A stretch of DNA of 64,000 bases from an uncultured Actinomycetota bacterium (GCA_963762865.1 CAVXNC010000022.1:34265-98264), one strand, 5' to 3'. Shown: positions 31,123-40,921, numbered from the stretch's first letter. Numbers and translations: made by a program. The notes: a model not told the origin generated them from the sequence alone.

Positions 31123-32601
31123 GTGCTGCTCGCACTCGTCGGCACCGTCGGCTGGTTCTGGTACCAGAGCCTGGTGCCCTCGACGTACTCCGTCATGGAC
31201 ATGGGCTACGCCGACTACGGCGGCGGGCCGACGGGCGGTCACGGGTCGACCGGCTCCGGAGGGCACGCCGGGCACGACATGTCCGGCGTCAGTGTCGCGG
31301 ACCTGACCGGACCGACGACCGGCACGCCGGCCATGTCGGCCACGCTGGTCGCGCGTCAGGGCACGGTGCAGCTCGCGAGCGGCGAGACGGTCCAGGGCTA
31401 CACGCTCAACGGCACGTCGCCCGGGCCGGAGCTCACCGCGCGGGCCGGTGACCTCGTGCAGGTCACGCTTCGCAACAAGGACGTCCGTGGCGGCGTCACC
31501 CTGCACTGGCACGGCATCGACGTGCCCAACGCCGAGGACGGCGTCGCCGGTGTGACGCAGGACGCCGTGCCGATCGGCGGGTCGCACGTCTACCGGTTCG
31601 TCGTGCCCGACGCCGGCACCTACTGGTACCACTCCCACCAGGTGTCCCACGAGCAGGTGCGCGGCGGGCTCTTCGGCACCTTCGTCGTCGCGCCGCCGAT
31701 CGAGACCACCGGCACCGACCTGGTCGCACCCGCCGCCGACGTGCTCGCCGTCGTCCACACCTACGACGGCCGGCGGACCGTCAACGGGTCGACCGGGGTC
31801 TCGCGGGCCGAGGTGCCGGGTGGTTCGGTGGCTCGGGTCCGCGTCGTCAACACCGACAGCGCGGCGGCCCGCGTCTGGGTCAGCGCGGCTCCGTACCGCG
31901 TCGTCGCGATCGACGGGCGCGACATCGCCGGCGGGGCGGACATCGTCGGCAAGGCGCTGCTCGTCCCGGCCGGGGGTCGGGCCGACATCGATGTGGACGT
32001 GCCGCTCACCGGCACCCAGGTGGACGTCGGTGGCAACGCTGCCCTCTTCGTGGGGCCGGCTGGCGGCAGGGTCACGGCCGAGCCGGAGCCGCAGGTCGAC
32101 GTCGACCTGCTGTCCTACGGGCGGCGGACCGGTGAGCTGCCCTTCGACCCGCAGCGGGCGGACCGCAGGTTCGACTACGACATCGGCCGCCGCATCGGCT
32201 TCCTCGACGGTCGACCGGGCTTCTGGTGGACCATCAACGGGCACCAGTTCCCGGACGTCCCGATGTACGTCGTGGACGAGGGGGACGTCGTCGTGATGAC
32301 CGTCAGCAACGGCAGCGGTGAGCCGCACCCGATGCACCTGCACGGCCACCACGCGGTCGTGCTCAGCCGCAACGGCGTGGAGTCGACCGGCGCGCAGTGG
32401 TGGATCGACTCGCTCCAGGTCGATGACGGCGACAGCTACGACATCGGGTTCGTGGCGGACAACCCGGGCATCTGGATGGACCACTGCCACAACCTGCCGC
32501 ACGCTGCGCAGGGCCTGGTCGCGCACCTGGCCTACAACGGCGTCCGCGAGCCCTTCGTCGTCGGCCGCGAGGTCGGCGACGCGCACAACCAGCCGGAGTA
32601 G
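31123..32601 (+). CDS. Multicopper oxidase (membrane-anchored)
   Basis: HWHG, WYHSH, HPMHLHGH and WMDHCHNLPHAAQGL copper motifs. The frame stays open upstream to at least 31072, so the start is uncertain. Confidence 0.92.
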   Translation: MLLALVGTVGWFWYQSLVPSTYSVMDMGYADYGGGPTGGHGSTGSGGHAGHDMSGVSVADLTGPTTGTPAMSATLVARQGTVQLASGETVQGYTLNGTSPGPELTARAGDLVQVTLRNKDVRGGVTLHWHGIDVPNAEDGVAGVTQDAVPIGGSHVYRFVVPDAGTYWYHSHQVSHEQVRGGLFGTFVVAPPIETTGTDLVAPAADVLAVVHTYDGRRTVNGSTGVSRAEVPGGSVARVRVVNTDSAAARVWVSAAPYRVVAIDGRDIAGGADIVGKALLVPAGGRADIDVDVPLTGTQVDVGGNAALFVGPAGGRVTAEPEPQVDVDLLSYGRRTGELPFDPQRADRRFDYDIGRRIGFLDGRPGFWWTINGHQFPDVPMYVVDEGDVVVMTVSNGSGEPHPMHLHGHHAVVLSRNGVESTGAQWWIDSLQVDDGDSYDIGFVADNPGIWMDHCHNLPHAAQGLVAHLAYNGVREPFVVGREVGDAHNQPE

Positions 32602-32632
32602 CCCGGCGCGACCCGCTACGCCAGGGCGACCG

Positions 32633-33721
32633 CTACGCCAGGGCGACCCGGATGACGCGGTCGTCGGCCGATCCCGGCGAACCGCGGCCGTCGCGGTTGG
32701 ACGTCGTGATCCACAGCGACCCGTCGGGCGCCCGCTTCACCTGACGGACCCGGCCGAAGCGGCCCGCGAAGTGCCGCCGCTTGCGGCCCGCGTTGTCGCC
32801 GTGCAGCGTCACGGAGTAGAGGCACTCGCCCTGCAGCGCCCCGAGCCAGGCGCGGCCGTTGGCGATCGCGAGGCCGGCCGGAGAGCAGGTCGACGTCGGC
32901 GACCACACCGCGAAGGGGTCACGGTAGCCGCCGTCACCGTCGCCGCCCTCGACCCGCGGCCACCCGTAGTTGCCGCCGCGAACGATGCGGTTCAGCTCGT
33001 CCGCGCTCTTCTCGCCGAACTCGCTGGCCCACAGGTTCCCGCGTCGGTCGAAGGACAGGCCCTCGACGTTGCGGTGACCCATCGACCAGGTCCGGTTGCC
33101 GAACGGGTTGCCGGCCGGAGCTCCACCGGTCGGCGTGATGCGCAGCACCTTGCCGCCGAGCGAGGCGCGGCTCTGCGCGCGAGAGGAGTCCTCGCCGTCG
33201 CCGGTGCTCACGTAGAGCAGGCCGTCCGGGCCGAACGCGAGCGCGCCTCCGTTGTGGTGCACGTTCATCGGGATACCACCGAGCACCAGGTGCCGCTTGC
33301 CGAGCCGGCCATCGGCGAGCCGCATCCGGACGACGCGGTTGTCGCTGCTCGTGGACAGGTAGGCGTAGACCCACCGGTTGCTGGCGAACCCTGGATGCAG
33401 GGCGAGCCCGAGAAGGCCGCTCTCGCCGAGGCTCGAGCGCTGGCTGAAGACCGTCAGGCTGTCGACCCGCCGCTTGCCGCCGCTGCGGCGCACCACGTAC
33501 ACGTCGCCGCTGTCCCGCTCGCCGACCAGGGCGTCGCCGTCGGGCAGGAAGGCGAGACCCCACGGTGTCGCGAGGTTCTTGGCCAGGACGCGGTCGACCC
33601 GAGGTGCGGCGAGAGCGGCCGTGGGCGCCACGACCCCGGACCCGGCGAGCAGTGCGCCGGTCCCGACGAGACCGGCCTTCAGCAGCGCCCGTCGGTCGAT
33701 GGTGGTCACACGGTCGCGCAT
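32633..33721 (-). CDS. Tat-exported PQQ-dependent sugar dehydrogenase (GSDH family)
   Basis: DRRALLK Tat motif, PWGLAFLPDG, GLLGLALHP, HNGG, GHRNVEG, NYGWP. Confidence 0.9.
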   Translation of the reverse strand: MRDRVTTIDRRALLKAGLVGTGALLAGSGVVAPTAALAAPRVDRVLAKNLATPWGLAFLPDGDALVGERDSGDVYVVRRSGGKRRVDSLTVFSQRSSLGESGLLGLALHPGFASNRWVYAYLSTSSDNRVVRMRLADGRLGKRHLVLGGIPMNVHHNGGALAFGPDGLLYVSTGDGEDSSRAQSRASLGGKVLRITPTGGAPAGNPFGNRTWSMGHRNVEGLSFDRRGNLWASEFGEKSADELNRIVRGGNYGWPRVEGGDGDGGYRDPFAVWSPTSTCSPAGLAIANGRAWLGALQGECLYSVTLHGDNAGRKRRHFAGRFGRVRQVKRAPDGSLWITTSNRDGRGSPGSADDRVIRVALA

Positions 33722-33916
33722 GGGTGCAGCTCCTCCCACATCGGGTGGATTCGTCCGCACGAGGCTAACGGGGTCCCGTTGCGGCACCTGACGAAAGCAT
33801 TACCCGCAAGGGGTGCTGGACCGGTTGACAGCGACGTACGCCCGGATGACCGTGACGGGAGAACGACGCCCGTCGATCCCGGGCGACGGGGTCACGTAGC
33901 ACCCGGGGGTCCCATC

Positions 33917-35485
33917 GTGGACAGGCACGGCTCGGAGAGCTACTTCATCATCGGCGAGGGTCTGGTCGCGGAGGCCGGCGGCGGACGCGACCGGACCTTC
34001 ACCGACGCGGTCGAGGCCGACGCACCGCCGTTCCGGTTCTCGCGGATGGGGCCGCGGGGGACCACGCTGCCGGAGGGGGCGCGGCGCCGGCTCGCCGTCG
34101 CGATGACGGCGAGCGGCGGCCGGGCCGGCACGATCCCGGCCGGGTTCACCTACCTCGGGCAGTTCGTCGACCACGACCTGACCTTCGACAAGACCAAGGT
34201 GATGCTCGGCGAGCACGTCTCGCCGTCCGAGCTGCTGCAGGGCCGCTCGCCGAGCCTCGACCTCGACTCGCTCTACGGTGCCGGGCCGCAGAGCGCCGGG
34301 TCCGCGAAGTTCTACACCGACGACCGGCACCTCAAGGTCGGCCGCACGGCGGCCGCCGGCGACCCGGCCATGGACGGCTTCGACCTGCCGCGCGCCGGGA
34401 CCGGTGCCACGAAGGCCGACAAGCGGCGGGCGCTGATCCCGGACTTCCGCAACGACGAGAACCTCGCCGTGGCGCAGACCCACCTGGCGTTCATCCGCTT
34501 CCACAACCGCCTGGTCGACTCGCTGCCCGCGTCGACGCCGGCGGCGCAGCGCTTCACACGGGCCCGGGAGCTCGCGGTCAAGCACTACCAGTGGATGGTG
34601 TGGCACGACTTCCTGCCGCGGATCTGCGCCAGGGGTGTGCTCAACAGCGTCATGTCCGGCGGCCGCAAGGCCTTCGAGGTGTCCGCCGACCCGACCCAGG
34701 TGCCGACCATGCCGGTCGAGTTCTCGGTGGGCGCCTACCGCCTCGGTCACAGCATGATCCGCCGGTCGTACAACTGGAACGCGCGCTTCCCGGGGGAGCA
34801 GGGCACCCTGCAGTTCCTCTTCGCCTTCTCGTCGACGAGCGGCGACCTGCTCGGCGGACTGCGCCTGCCGAGCAACTGGATCGCCGACTTCCGGCGGCTC
34901 TACGACTTCTCCGAGGTGGGCCGCGCGGACCTGGCCGCCCCCGGCGGCCTCAACAGGGCGATGGCGATCGACACCCGGCTGACCCACCTGCTGGCGAACC
35001 TGCCGACGCGGTCCTTCGGGGGTCCCGCGGCGTCGCGCGGTGACCCCGCCCGCAACCTCGCTTTCCGCAACCTCACGCGAGGTTCGATGCTCAAGCTCGC
35101 GTCCGGCCAGCAGATGGCCGGCTTCCTGCGGCGGCACGGCGTGCCGGTCACGACGCTGACCCGCGCGCAGCTGCGCGACGGCCGCAACGGCGCGTCGCTC
35201 GACGACCTCACCGCCGCACAGCGCGACGCGGTGCTCACCAAGACACCGCTCTGGTTCTACGTGCTCCGGGAGGCGGAGCTCAACAACGGCAAGCTCAAGG
35301 GCGTCGGCGCGCGCATCGTCGCCGAGACGGTGCACCGGGCGATGCAGGGCAGCACGTTCTCGATCGTGCGCGACCCGACCTGGCGGCCGACGCTCGGCCC
35401 GGACAGCTCGACCTTCCGGATGACCGACCTGCTGATGTTCGCGTTCGAGGGGAAGAAGAGGCTGCTGGCGCCGCTCGGCAACTAG
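33917..35485 (+). CDS. Heme peroxidase of the peroxidase-cyclooxygenase (animal-type) superfamily
   Basis: YLGQFVDHDL, LDLDSLYG, RNDENL, FHNR, AYRLGHSMIR, TPLWFYVLREAE. Confidence 0.87.
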   Translation: MDRHGSESYFIIGEGLVAEAGGGRDRTFTDAVEADAPPFRFSRMGPRGTTLPEGARRRLAVAMTASGGRAGTIPAGFTYLGQFVDHDLTFDKTKVMLGEHVSPSELLQGRSPSLDLDSLYGAGPQSAGSAKFYTDDRHLKVGRTAAAGDPAMDGFDLPRAGTGATKADKRRALIPDFRNDENLAVAQTHLAFIRFHNRLVDSLPASTPAAQRFTRARELAVKHYQWMVWHDFLPRICARGVLNSVMSGGRKAFEVSADPTQVPTMPVEFSVGAYRLGHSMIRRSYNWNARFPGEQGTLQFLFAFSSTSGDLLGGLRLPSNWIADFRRLYDFSEVGRADLAAPGGLNRAMAIDTRLTHLLANLPTRSFGGPAASRGDPARNLAFRNLTRGSMLKLASGQQMAGFLRRHGVPVTTLTRAQLRDGRNGASLDDLTAAQRDAVLTKTPLWFYVLREAELNNGKLKGVGARIVAETVHRAMQGSTFSIVRDPTWRPTLGPDSSTFRMTDLLMFAFEGKKRLLAPLGN

Positions 35486-35488
35486 CCG

Positions 35489-36262
35489 TCAACCGAGGTC
35501 GACGACGACGGGCGCGTGGTCGCTCGGCCCCTTGCCCTTGCGCGCCTCCCGGTCGACGTAGGCGTCGGTGACCGAACCCGCCAGCGGCGGCGTCGCGTAG
35601 ACCAGGTCGATGCGCATCCCGAGGTTCTTGTGGAAGTTGCCGGCCCGGTAGTCCCAGTAGGTGAACGGGTGGTCGTACTTCAGCGGCCGCGGCACGACGT
35701 CGACCAGCCCGACGTCCAACAGCGCCGCCAGCGCGGCACGCTCCGGCGGAGTGACGTGGGTCGACTCGGTGAACACCGCGGGGTCCCAGACGTCGGCGTC
35801 GGTCGGCGCGACGTTGAAGTCGCCCATGACCGCGAGCCGGTCGGTGCGCGCCACGTCCGCCGCGACGACGTCCCGCAGCGACGCGAGCCAGGCGAGCTTG
35901 TAGCGGTAGTGGTCGTGACCCGGCTCGCGGCCGTTGGGCACATAGACGCTCCACAGTCGTACGTCGCCACAGCTGGCCCCGACGGCCCGCGCCTCGGGGT
36001 CGGGGTAGCCGGGTCCGCCCGCCAGCCCGCGCACCACGTCGTCGAGGCCGACCTTCGACAGGATCGCGACGCCGTTCCACCGGCCGTCGCCGTGGCTGGC
36101 GACCTGGTAGCCCAGCTCGCGGACCGCGTCGGCCGGGAAGCCGTCATCGGCGATCTTCGTCTCCTGCAGGCACACGGCGTCGGGCGCGGTGTCCTGCAGC
36201 CACTCGAGGAGTCGCGGCAGGCGGGCGACCACCGAGTTGACGTTCCAGGTGGCGATGCGCAC
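35489..36262 (-). CDS. xth: Exodeoxyribonuclease III
   Basis: MRIATWNVNS, LQETK, YVPNG, GDFN, RIDL, PSDHAP. Confidence 0.93.
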   Translation of the reverse strand: MRIATWNVNSVVARLPRLLEWLQDTAPDAVCLQETKIADDGFPADAVRELGYQVASHGDGRWNGVAILSKVGLDDVVRGLAGGPGYPDPEARAVGASCGDVRLWSVYVPNGREPGHDHYRYKLAWLASLRDVVAADVARTDRLAVMGDFNVAPTDADVWDPAVFTESTHVTPPERAALAALLDVGLVDVVPRPLKYDHPFTYWDYRAGNFHKNLGMRIDLVYATPPLAGSVTDAYVDREARKGKGPSDHAPVVVDLG

Positions 36263-36287
36263 GGGTCGCTGTCCTGCCGACGGCCGG

Positions 36288-37166
36288 TCAGAAGACCGAG
36301 ACGTGCACGTGGTCGTAGTGGTTGGCCGTCGTCGACCCGCGGTCGGACATGTAGCGCCAGCCCTCGCTGCCGCGCTCCACGGTCCAGATCCGCTGCGACC
36401 AGATGACGTAGCTGACGCCCAGCTCCCCCGCGTGCGCGCGGACGAACTCCGCGATGGCGTCGCCCGTCGAGCCCGAGGTCATGATGTCCAACGCCAAGCC
36501 GGCGCCGTGGTCGCCGGACCCGGACCGGCCGCCCCAGCCGGTGACGCTCGGGAAGGCGGCGCACACGGCGCGGTAGACCTTGATGGCGTTGGTGGTCAGC
36601 CCGCTCTCCACCGACGAGCCGTCGGAGCAGGGGGCGCCGGTCACCGGCGCGGCCACGCCGGTCGGTGGTGCGGGCTGGTGCTTCGCGAGCTCGTCGCTGA
36701 CGAGCCAGACCAACCGACCGCGGTGCTGGACCTGGGCCCAGCCGTCGAGGACCAGCCCGGTGGCCCGCACCTTGGTGCCCTCGTCGAGACGGGCCAGCCG
36801 GTCGGTGCTGCGGGCCGGGCCGCTCCAGAGCGTGAGGTCGCCGGTCAGCCAGCGGGCCACGAAGTGCGTCGGGGCGACCTTCTCGGCCAGCCCCTGCACC
36901 TCGGCCAGGCGGGGGACCAGCGGGTCCGTGCGGTCGCCTGACCGGGACACCTCCCGGACGTACGCCCGGTCCGGGGCGCGGGTCGCCAGCGCGAGCTGGG
37001 CGGTCGCGGACGGCGACGCGCCCGCACCGGCCTGGCTGGTCATTCCCGCGACGGGGGCCACCGATGCGACCGCGAGCGCGGCCGCCGCGGGCACGCCGAG
37101 CCGCTGGAGGCGGACCCGGGCGGGCGTGGTTCTACGGTGGCGGCCGGCAGGCAAAGCAGGGATCAC
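36288..37166 (-). CDS. Secreted SH3b-domain protein with C-terminal M15-like Zn-peptidase domain (cell-wall associated)
   Basis: Signal-like N-terminus, LTLWSGP..GWAQV SH3b, GDHGAGLALDIM and NHYDHVHVS. Confidence 0.7.
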   Translation of the reverse strand: MIPALPAGRHRRTTPARVRLQRLGVPAAAALAVASVAPVAGMTSQAGAGASPSATAQLALATRAPDRAYVREVSRSGDRTDPLVPRLAEVQGLAEKVAPTHFVARWLTGDLTLWSGPARSTDRLARLDEGTKVRATGLVLDGWAQVQHRGRLVWLVSDELAKHQPAPPTGVAAPVTGAPCSDGSSVESGLTTNAIKVYRAVCAAFPSVTGWGGRSGSGDHGAGLALDIMTSGSTGDAIAEFVRAHAGELGVSYVIWSQRIWTVERGSEGWRYMSDRGSTTANHYDHVHVSVF

Positions 37167-37258
37167 CTTGGGGGGACGTGAGCGGCAGGGGACTGGGACG
37201 AGTCAAACACATCCCTCCTCTCCATCCGCGGAGGCCCTCACACCTCTGCGGCAGCGTG

Positions 37259-39424
37259 TCAGGCCGCCAGCGCGAGAGCGAAGGGCAGCACGCCGCCCGC
37301 GCCGGCCCGCCGCAGCGCCTGTCCGGCGACGGTCACCGTCCAGCGGGAGTCGACCAGGTCGTCGACCAGCAGCACCGGGCCGTCGAGCCCGGCCAGGGCC
37401 GCCGCGGTCTCCGGCGGGACGGCGAACCTCCCGTGGACCGCAGCGAGGCGGAAGGCGCTGTTGCCCCCCGGCTCGCCCGGTGACCGGTCGTGGGTCAGCG
37501 CCAGCGCCCCGAGGTCGGGCAGCCGGCCCAGGTCGGCGAGCCGAGCCGCCACGGAGGCCACCAGCCGCGGGCGTCGCAAGGAGGGCATCGAGACCACGGC
37601 GGCCGGGCGGAGCGCCCAGTCCCAGCCGGCCAGGACCTCGACGCAGGCCGCGAGCAGCCGGTCGTCGGCCGGCCCGTCGGCGTCGTCGACGCGGCTCAGG
37701 ACCTCGCGCAGACGCTGTCCCCAGCCGAGGTCGGTGAGGCGGGCGACCGCCCGCCCCTCCTCGACCCGCTCCTCGGCGGCGATCCGGCCACGCAGGTCCA
37801 CGCCCAGCCGGTCCATCCCCGCCGGCCACTGCGACCTCGGCTCCACCGGTACCCCGACCCGTCGCAGGGTGCGCTGCGCGGCCTGGACCGCACCCGCCGG
37901 CACGGTCGCGTCGACCCAGGCTCCGGCGCAGCCGTCGCAGCGGCCGCAGTCGGCCGCCGACGGGTCGTCGAGCTGCTCCTGCAGGAAGCGCATCCGGCAG
38001 CCGGTCGTGCGCTGGTAGCCGAGCATCGCCTCCGCCTCGGTGGTGCGTGCGGCGGCGACCCGGGCGTAGCGCTCCTCGTCGTATGTCCAGCCCCTCCCGG
38101 TCGACGCCCAGCCGCCGCGCACCCGCTCGACGGCGCCCTCGACGTCGAGGACCTTGAGCAGCAGCTCCAGCCGGGTCCGCCGCACGTCGGCGACCGTCTC
38201 GAGGGCGGCGGTCGACATCGGGCCCTCGGCGGCACCCAGGGCCGTCAGGACGGCGTCGGCGTCGGGGCGGCGCGGCATCGAGGAGGTCGCGAAGTAGGCC
38301 CAGATGTCGCGGTCCTCGGTCGCCGGGAGCAGCAGCACGTCGGCTCGCTCGGTGGCGCGGCCCGCCCGGCCCACCTGCTGGTAGTAGGCGACCGGCGAGG
38401 CCGGCGCGCCGAGGTGGACGACGAAGCCGAGGTCGGGCTTGTCGAAACCCATCCCGAGAGCGCTGGTCGCCACCAGCGCCTTCACCTCGTTGTCGCGCAG
38501 TGCCCGCTCGAGGTCGAGCCGGTCGGCGGGGTCGGTGCGCCCGGTGTAGGCCCGCACGTCGTGGCCCGCCTCACGCAGCAGCGCCGCCGTGTCCTCGGCG
38601 CCCGCGACGGTCAGGGCATAGACGATCCCGCTGCCGGGAAGGTCGCCGAGCCGGGCGGCGAGCCAGCCCAGCCGGGCGTCGGCGGTGGGCAGGGCGAGCA
38701 CCCCGAGCCGCAGGCTGTCGCGGGCGAGCGAGCCGCGCACCGTACGCACGGGCGCCCCGCCGGCGCCGAGCTGCTCGGCCACGTCGTCGACCACCCGCTG
38801 GTTGGCGGTGGCCGTCGTCGCAAGCACCGGCCGTCCGGCGGGCAGGGTCGTGAGCAGGTCGCGGATCCGACGGTAGTCGGGCCGGAAGTCGTGGCCCCAG
38901 TCGCTGATGCAGTGCGCCTCGTCGACGACCAGCAGGCCGGTGGCCGCGGCCAGCCGGGGCAGCTGCTCCTCGCGGAACCGCGGGTTGGTCAACCGTTCGG
39001 GGCTGACCAGCAGGAGGTCGACCTCGTCCGCCGCCAGCGCCGCCGACACCCCGGACCACTCCTCGGCGTTGGCCGAGTTGACGGTCACCGCCCGCAGCCC
39101 CGCCCGGCGCGCCGCGTCGACCTGGTCGCGCATCAGCGCGAGCAGCGGGGACACGATCAGAGTCGGTCCCGCGCCGCGTGCCCGCAGCAGGGCGGTCGCG
39201 AGGAAGTAGACCGCCGACTTGCCCCAGCCGGTCCGCTGCACGACGAGCACCCGCTCGCCGCCGTCGACGAGAGCGGCGACCGCCTCCAGCTGGCCGTCGC
39301 GCAGGACAGCGTCCGACCGGCCGACCAGTCGCCGCAGCAGCTCCTCGGCCTCGGCCGCCAGCGCCGCCCCGGGCCCGTCGACGAGGAGCGGGCTGGCCGG
39401 GGTCGTCTCCGTTGTCTCCGCCAT
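37259..39424 (-). CDS. rqlH: RecQ-like DNA helicase with C-terminal PRTase-like domain (RqlH type)
   Basis: TGWGKS, DEAHCISDWGHDFRP, QQVGRAGR, CRM..CGRCDGC zinc site, LLVDDLVDSRWT. Confidence 0.88.
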   Translation of the reverse strand: MAETTETTPASPLLVDGPGAALAAEAEELLRRLVGRSDAVLRDGQLEAVAALVDGGERVLVVQRTGWGKSAVYFLATALLRARGAGPTLIVSPLLALMRDQVDAARRAGLRAVTVNSANAEEWSGVSAALAADEVDLLLVSPERLTNPRFREEQLPRLAAATGLLVVDEAHCISDWGHDFRPDYRRIRDLLTTLPAGRPVLATTATANQRVVDDVAEQLGAGGAPVRTVRGSLARDSLRLGVLALPTADARLGWLAARLGDLPGSGIVYALTVAGAEDTAALLREAGHDVRAYTGRTDPADRLDLERALRDNEVKALVATSALGMGFDKPDLGFVVHLGAPASPVAYYQQVGRAGRATERADVLLLPATEDRDIWAYFATSSMPRRPDADAVLTALGAAEGPMSTAALETVADVRRTRLELLLKVLDVEGAVERVRGGWASTGRGWTYDEERYARVAAARTTEAEAMLGYQRTTGCRMRFLQEQLDDPSAADCGRCDGCAGAWVDATVPAGAVQAAQRTLRRVGVPVEPRSQWPAGMDRLGVDLRGRIAAEERVEEGRAVARLTDLGWGQRLREVLSRVDDADGPADDRLLAACVEVLAGWDWALRPAAVVSMPSLRRPRLVASVAARLADLGRLPDLGALALTHDRSPGEPGGNSAFRLAAVHGRFAVPPETAAALAGLDGPVLLVDDLVDSRWTVTVAGQALRRAGAGGVLPFALALAA

Positions 39425-39478
39425 GGGCCCCACCCCAGCACACCCCCGCGACGGAACCCGCCGCGCCGTCCACAGGTG

Positions 39479-40223
39479 TCAGCCCGCGGGCACCCAGCGG
39501 TAGCCCACGCCGCGCACCGTGACCAGCGCCTGGGCCAGCGGCTCGCCGAGCTTGCAGCGCAGCCGGTGGACGTGGACATCCACCGTGCGGGTGCCGCCCG
39601 CGATCCGGCTGGGGTCGTGGCTCTGCCACACGGCGTCGAGCAGGTTGCGCCGGGTGAGCACGCGCTGCGGCTGGTCGACCAGGTGCGCCAGCAGGTCGAA
39701 CTCCCGCCGGGTCAGCTCGACCGCCTCGCCCGCGACCCGGACGGTCCGGCTGTCGCGGTCGACGACAAGAGCAGGGGCGTCCTCCGGCGAGGCAGCCTGG
39801 GTGGGCACCGCGGTCAGGTGCGCGTGCCGGCCGGTGACCGGCAGGCCGGCGCGCGCCCAGGCCTGGAAGCCGCCGGCGACGTCGGTCGCCCGCTGCACGC
39901 CGAGCTGCTGGAGGGCGTGCGCCGCCAGGCTGGACGTGTAGCCCTCGGAGCAGAGCACGATCACGTGCAGGTCGTACGACGCCTGCGGCAGCCGGGCGTC
40001 GCTCGCCGGGTCGAACCGCCACTCCAGGACGTTGCGCTCGACGACCAGGGCGCCCGGCACGTCGCCCTCCTCGGCCCGCTGGTGCGCCGGGCGGATGTCG
40101 ACGAGCAGGCCGCCGGCCTGCCAGGCGGCCAGCGCCGCACGAGGCTCCAGCCGCACCAAGGCCGGCGCGAGCGGTCGCGAGCAGGTCGATCACGGACAGG
40201 GTCTCGACGGCCGCGGTGCTCAC
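39479..40223 (-). CDS. Rhodanese domain fused to an OmpR-type winged-helix DNA-binding domain (frameshift near 40159)
   Basis: LVDIRP, ERNVLEWR, CSEGYTS, GGFQAW, then LTRREFDLL..RTVDVHVHRLR..TVRGVGYR; GTGA overlap with the cysteine dioxygenase gene. Confidence 0.82.
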
Positions 40224-40792
40224 CAGTCCACCCCCGCCCGCTCGCGGGCCACGATGACAGCGCGGCCCTCGTCGTCGAGCAGGTAGCGGCGCATGCTGGC
40301 CAGCGCGGGACCGTACAGGTGCAGGCTCACGGCCGGCACCGCCCCGCCGCAGGAGACCTCGTGGACGTGGTGCGGGCCGAACGACCGCGCCCGGCCCGCG
40401 TCGAGGGTGCGGTGGACGAGGGCGGCCGGCTGGTGGCGGCGCGGCGGCGCCAGCGTGGCCTCCTCGAGGGCGCCCTCGACGACGACGAAGGCGCCGTACG
40501 AGCCGCCGTGGTCGTGCAGCCCGGTGGACTGTCCGGGCAGCCAGGTCAGCAGCCAGGCCTCGTACGTGGCCGTCGAGCCGACGCGCACGGCGAGTCGCTC
40601 GTCGGGGGACCAGGACACGAGCGGCGTCCAGACGGAGCGTTGCGCCGCGAGCCGCTGTGCGGCGGACACCAGCCGCCGGGCGGTCACCCGGCGGACGGCA
40701 GGCAGCTCGGCGGCGACGTCGGCGGCACGCGTCGGGGCGCTGCGCGGTGTCGGGCTCAGGTCAGGGGTGGTGCGGGTAGCGATGGTTGACAC
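40220..40792 (-). CDS. Cysteine dioxygenase family protein
   Basis: WLLTWLPGQSTGLHDHG, HVHEV, VSLHLYGP; GAGGAG RBS. Confidence 0.88.
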   Translation of the reverse strand: MSTIATRTTPDLSPTPRSAPTRAADVAAELPAVRRVTARRLVSAAQRLAAQRSVWTPLVSWSPDERLAVRVGSTATYEAWLLTWLPGQSTGLHDHGGSYGAFVVVEGALEEATLAPPRRHQPAALVHRTLDAGRARSFGPHHVHEVSCGGAVPAVSLHLYGPALASMRRYLLDDEGRAVIVARERAGVDW

Positions 40793-40921
40793 GGTCGGAT
40801 CTCCTCGGGGACAGCTCCCTAGTAGTTGAGAAGCATGTCACTGGACAAAGTAGAGATGCAAGCCAGGTCCACATGTCGGCGTGTCGCCCACCGGACCCTG
40901 CGCGCTGCCACGCACCCCGGT

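Noticed and set aside
32613-32646. 17-bp tandem repeat ccgctacgccagggcga
   Set aside because: Only two copies, duplicating the end of the dehydrogenase gene; simple slippage, not CRISPR or an att site
32318-33916. Long N-terminal extension of the heme peroxidase ORF
   Set aside because: Overlaps the MCO end and the antisense PQQ dehydrogenase gene; a promoter-like TTGACA-N17-GACCGT at 33825 supports a start near 33917
37490-40789. 1099-aa plus-strand ORF and similar giant ORFs (42010..45297 extension, 42064 extension, 18148..20799, 52213..54312)
   Set aside because: Antisense or off-frame shadows of real genes in high-GC DNA; low-complexity R/G/A/P translations without motifs
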